A stretch of DNA of 64,000 nucleotides, from the NCBI GenBank assembly GCA_002269645.1, contig NIVC01000364.1, forward strand, positions 587,471 to 651,470, in the 5' to 3' direction. The notes beneath the pieces are model-generated. The model had not been told where the DNA came from, searched no databases, and saw nothing but the letters and a program-made list of their open reading frames with translations. This stretch comes from Macrostomum lignano. Its lineage: Eukaryota. Every line of letters begins with the position of its first letter. Position 1 is the stretch's first letter. Shown here piece after piece: positions 61,671-64,000 of this stretch. The translations under genes and the position numbers were made by a program.

Positions 61671-61965
61671 GCCCCTAACAACTAAATCAATTTGCACCTT
61701 TTTGCACTGAGTTTGCGCCTTTGCAACTGAATTGACTCCCTTACAACTAACTTGGCGGCCTCTAGCAATTGAATCATTTGTCGCCCTAGCAACTGAAATT
61801 GCGCCCTAGAAACTGAATTGTCGCCCTTGCAACTGAATTGAAGCCCTTAAAACCTAACTTGGCGCCCCTGGAACCCAAAACGACCCTGCTGTATACCCTG
61901 TAACCAGTAGCAACACAACACCAAAACAAAATAACGCAAAGACTGGCGAACTCCTAACTACCCAG

Positions 61966-62277
61966 ATCGGCGACTTCACTGGCAAAGTGGAATGGCTGAA
62001 ATTCTTCGCCGTCGCTTGCGCCTCCCTGTGCAGCGACCTGACCGGCACCATGAAGCTCATCTGCGAGCAGCTCACCGCCGATCCTGAGGGCGGCCCGGCT
62101 CGAGTTAATTTCGACACTTGGAAGCGATTGTACACCTACCTGTACCAGCTGAACTCAGAGGCCGATCCGCAAGTGATGGAGGCGGCTCTCGGCTACCTGG
62201 CCTCGGATGTCGAGCGTCAGAAAGGCGTCATCCAGCCCAGGAACTTCCTGCACCAGGACTGCCCGCCGTTGCAGTGA
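61966..62277 (+). CDS. ropn1l: Ropporin-1-like protein, coding exon 2
   Basis: Acceptor ctacccAG at 61964-61965. Encodes IGDFTGKVEWLKFF...ICEQLTADPEGGPAR, matching the ROPN1L motif LCEILTDDPEGGPAR. Spliced protein is 224 aa. Confidence 0.92.
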   Translation: MGDFTGKVEWLKFFAVACASLCSDLTGTMKLICEQLTADPEGGPARVNFDTWKRLYTYLYQLNSEADPQVMEAALGYLASDVERQKGVIQPRNFLHQDCPPLQ

Positions 62278-63544
62278 TATTCAACTAATACTACTGATAG
62301 CATAACCTACTGTCTACGAGTGTTTTGTCTATTAATTTGAAATCATATTTTTCTTGTCGTTTTTTTAAGGCTTACTACTCGTACTAATAGTAAGTAGATC
62401 GCGTTGAGTTATTAAATCTATGAAGGCTATTTTTCACCGCAAAATGCACCAGAAAGATGCGTACGAAGTAATTGGACAGACAGATTTTCAGAAGCACGAG
62501 AACTCACTAGTTTCATTTGAAGGTCAAGGTTTCGATTTTCTAGCAAACAGGAAATTTAGCCTTAAAATAGCCACATCTGTAGTTTGTACCTTAAAATAAG
62601 CCTAATTAGATTTCCGAGATTTATAACAAAAAACGGCAGTGATTTTTACTACTTGTAAATTATGATTATTTTTTAATCCATGATATAACTGATAAAGGTA
62701 TTTTAAACCTTTAATATTTGATCTGTTTGTGCACTGTTTGAATTTTTATTGAAATTTTCAATATTTCCTTTGCTGTGATCAATACGAGCGTATCTGGCCC
62801 AAGTTTCGTAGCAGTCTAACGCAAAAATGTGTTTTTTTTAATTGTTGTTTTTCAATCAAATTCTAGATTAGTTCTCGATAACAAAGTGAAAGACAGTTTT
62901 TTCAGGTGTTAACACTCCCCTAAACCCTGGCTAGGTTTAGAGAAGCTTATATCCAGCAAGACTTACAACTTTTTTCAAAATAATATCTACTTATTAACTC
63001 AACGAGCCACACCGAGTTTAATAAACATGATATATGTACCCCGTTTGTTTAAATACATGATTTACACATTTAGAAAACTTTGTTTTTTTTGTTTGCAACA
63101 AGTCAGCAACATATAATGATGATAACATGATTAATAAGCCACAAAGTTATGCTGGCTGTTTTGCTTTTAGAAAATCATTTTTCCTCTAAAATAAAAAAGA
63201 GACCAAGGCCTTGATCAAAGGCCAGAGTAAAAACTTTCTTAGATTTTAACAGATTAATAAAACACAGCTTTTGCATTTTTTTGGAAGGCAAACATTTTTT
63301 TTTATTAAGCAAATTATCTGTTACAATTTGAATTAATTAATTAATAAGATACAAAATTCACAAGGAGCATGTAGTTTTGAGTAACACACTTACACTTTAT
63401 CCGGATGCCTCAAACGAAACTGATATCATAGAAAATGCTTTGTAACACGCGCGCAATATTTTAGCTTGAACTATTTTATTTAACCACGATCTGGATAAGG
63501 TTTTGAATGAGTTCAAGTGCTGAGTATGCAGTATAAGTTATCAG

Positions 63545-64000
63545 TGAGGGAGATGGGAGGGCAGGGAGATGGGAGGACAGGGAGATGGGAGGATAGGGAG
63601 ATGGGGAGGACAGGGAGATGGGAGGACAGGGAGATGGGAGGACAGGGAGATGGGAGGACAGGGAGATGGGAGGACAGGGAGATGGGGAGGACAGGGAGAT
63701 GGGAGGACAGGGAGATGGGAGGACAGGGAGATGGGAGGACAGGGAAAAGGGAGGACAGGGAGATGGGAGGGCAGGGAGATGGGGAGGACAGGGAGATAGG
63801 AGGACAGGGAGATGGGAGGACAGGGATGGGAGGACAGGGAGATGGGAGGACAGGGAGATGGGAGGACAGGGAGATGGGAGGACAGGGAGATGGGAGGACA
63901 GGGAGATGGGAGGACAGGGAGATGGGAGGGCAGGGAGATGGGAGGACAGGGATATGGGAGGACAGGGAGATGGGAGGACAGGGAGATGGGAGGGCAGGGA
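63545..64000. repeat. G-rich minisatellite, 17-bp unit GGGAGATGGGAGGACAG-like, running off the window end
   Basis: Direct tandem repeat. Confidence 0.95.

Overview
This is eukaryotic (animal) DNA: spliced genes separated by about 30 minisatellite and microsatellite arrays. The repeat load, poly-Ala/poly-Gln proteins and possible spliced-leader signals suggest a flatworm such as Macrostomum, but that is inference only. Five genes are supported: a Rap2-like GTPase (+, 2 coding exons, no genomic ATG), two convergent Otx/orthodenticle paralogues (+ and -), an SMAP-family ArfGAP (-, 2 exons) and a ropporin-1-like gene (+, 2 exons). Two MITEs with 8-bp target-site duplications and a head-to-head pair of tRNA-derived SINEs are also present. 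Main findings: (1) the two Otx genes share a 949-bp inverted repeat with one synonymous mismatch that runs exactly from the splice acceptor to the stop codon, while their first exons, introns and UTRs have diverged, consistent with exon-bounded gene conversion and a potential long RNA hairpin; (2) Otx-type K50 sites (TAATCC/GGATTA) cluster around both genes, including a 19-bp minisatellite carrying 19 sites; (3) the Rap2 ORF lacks an ATG but would be completed in frame by the AUG at the 3' end of a flatworm spliced leader. Most long ORFs in the supplied track are repeat or antisense artefacts.
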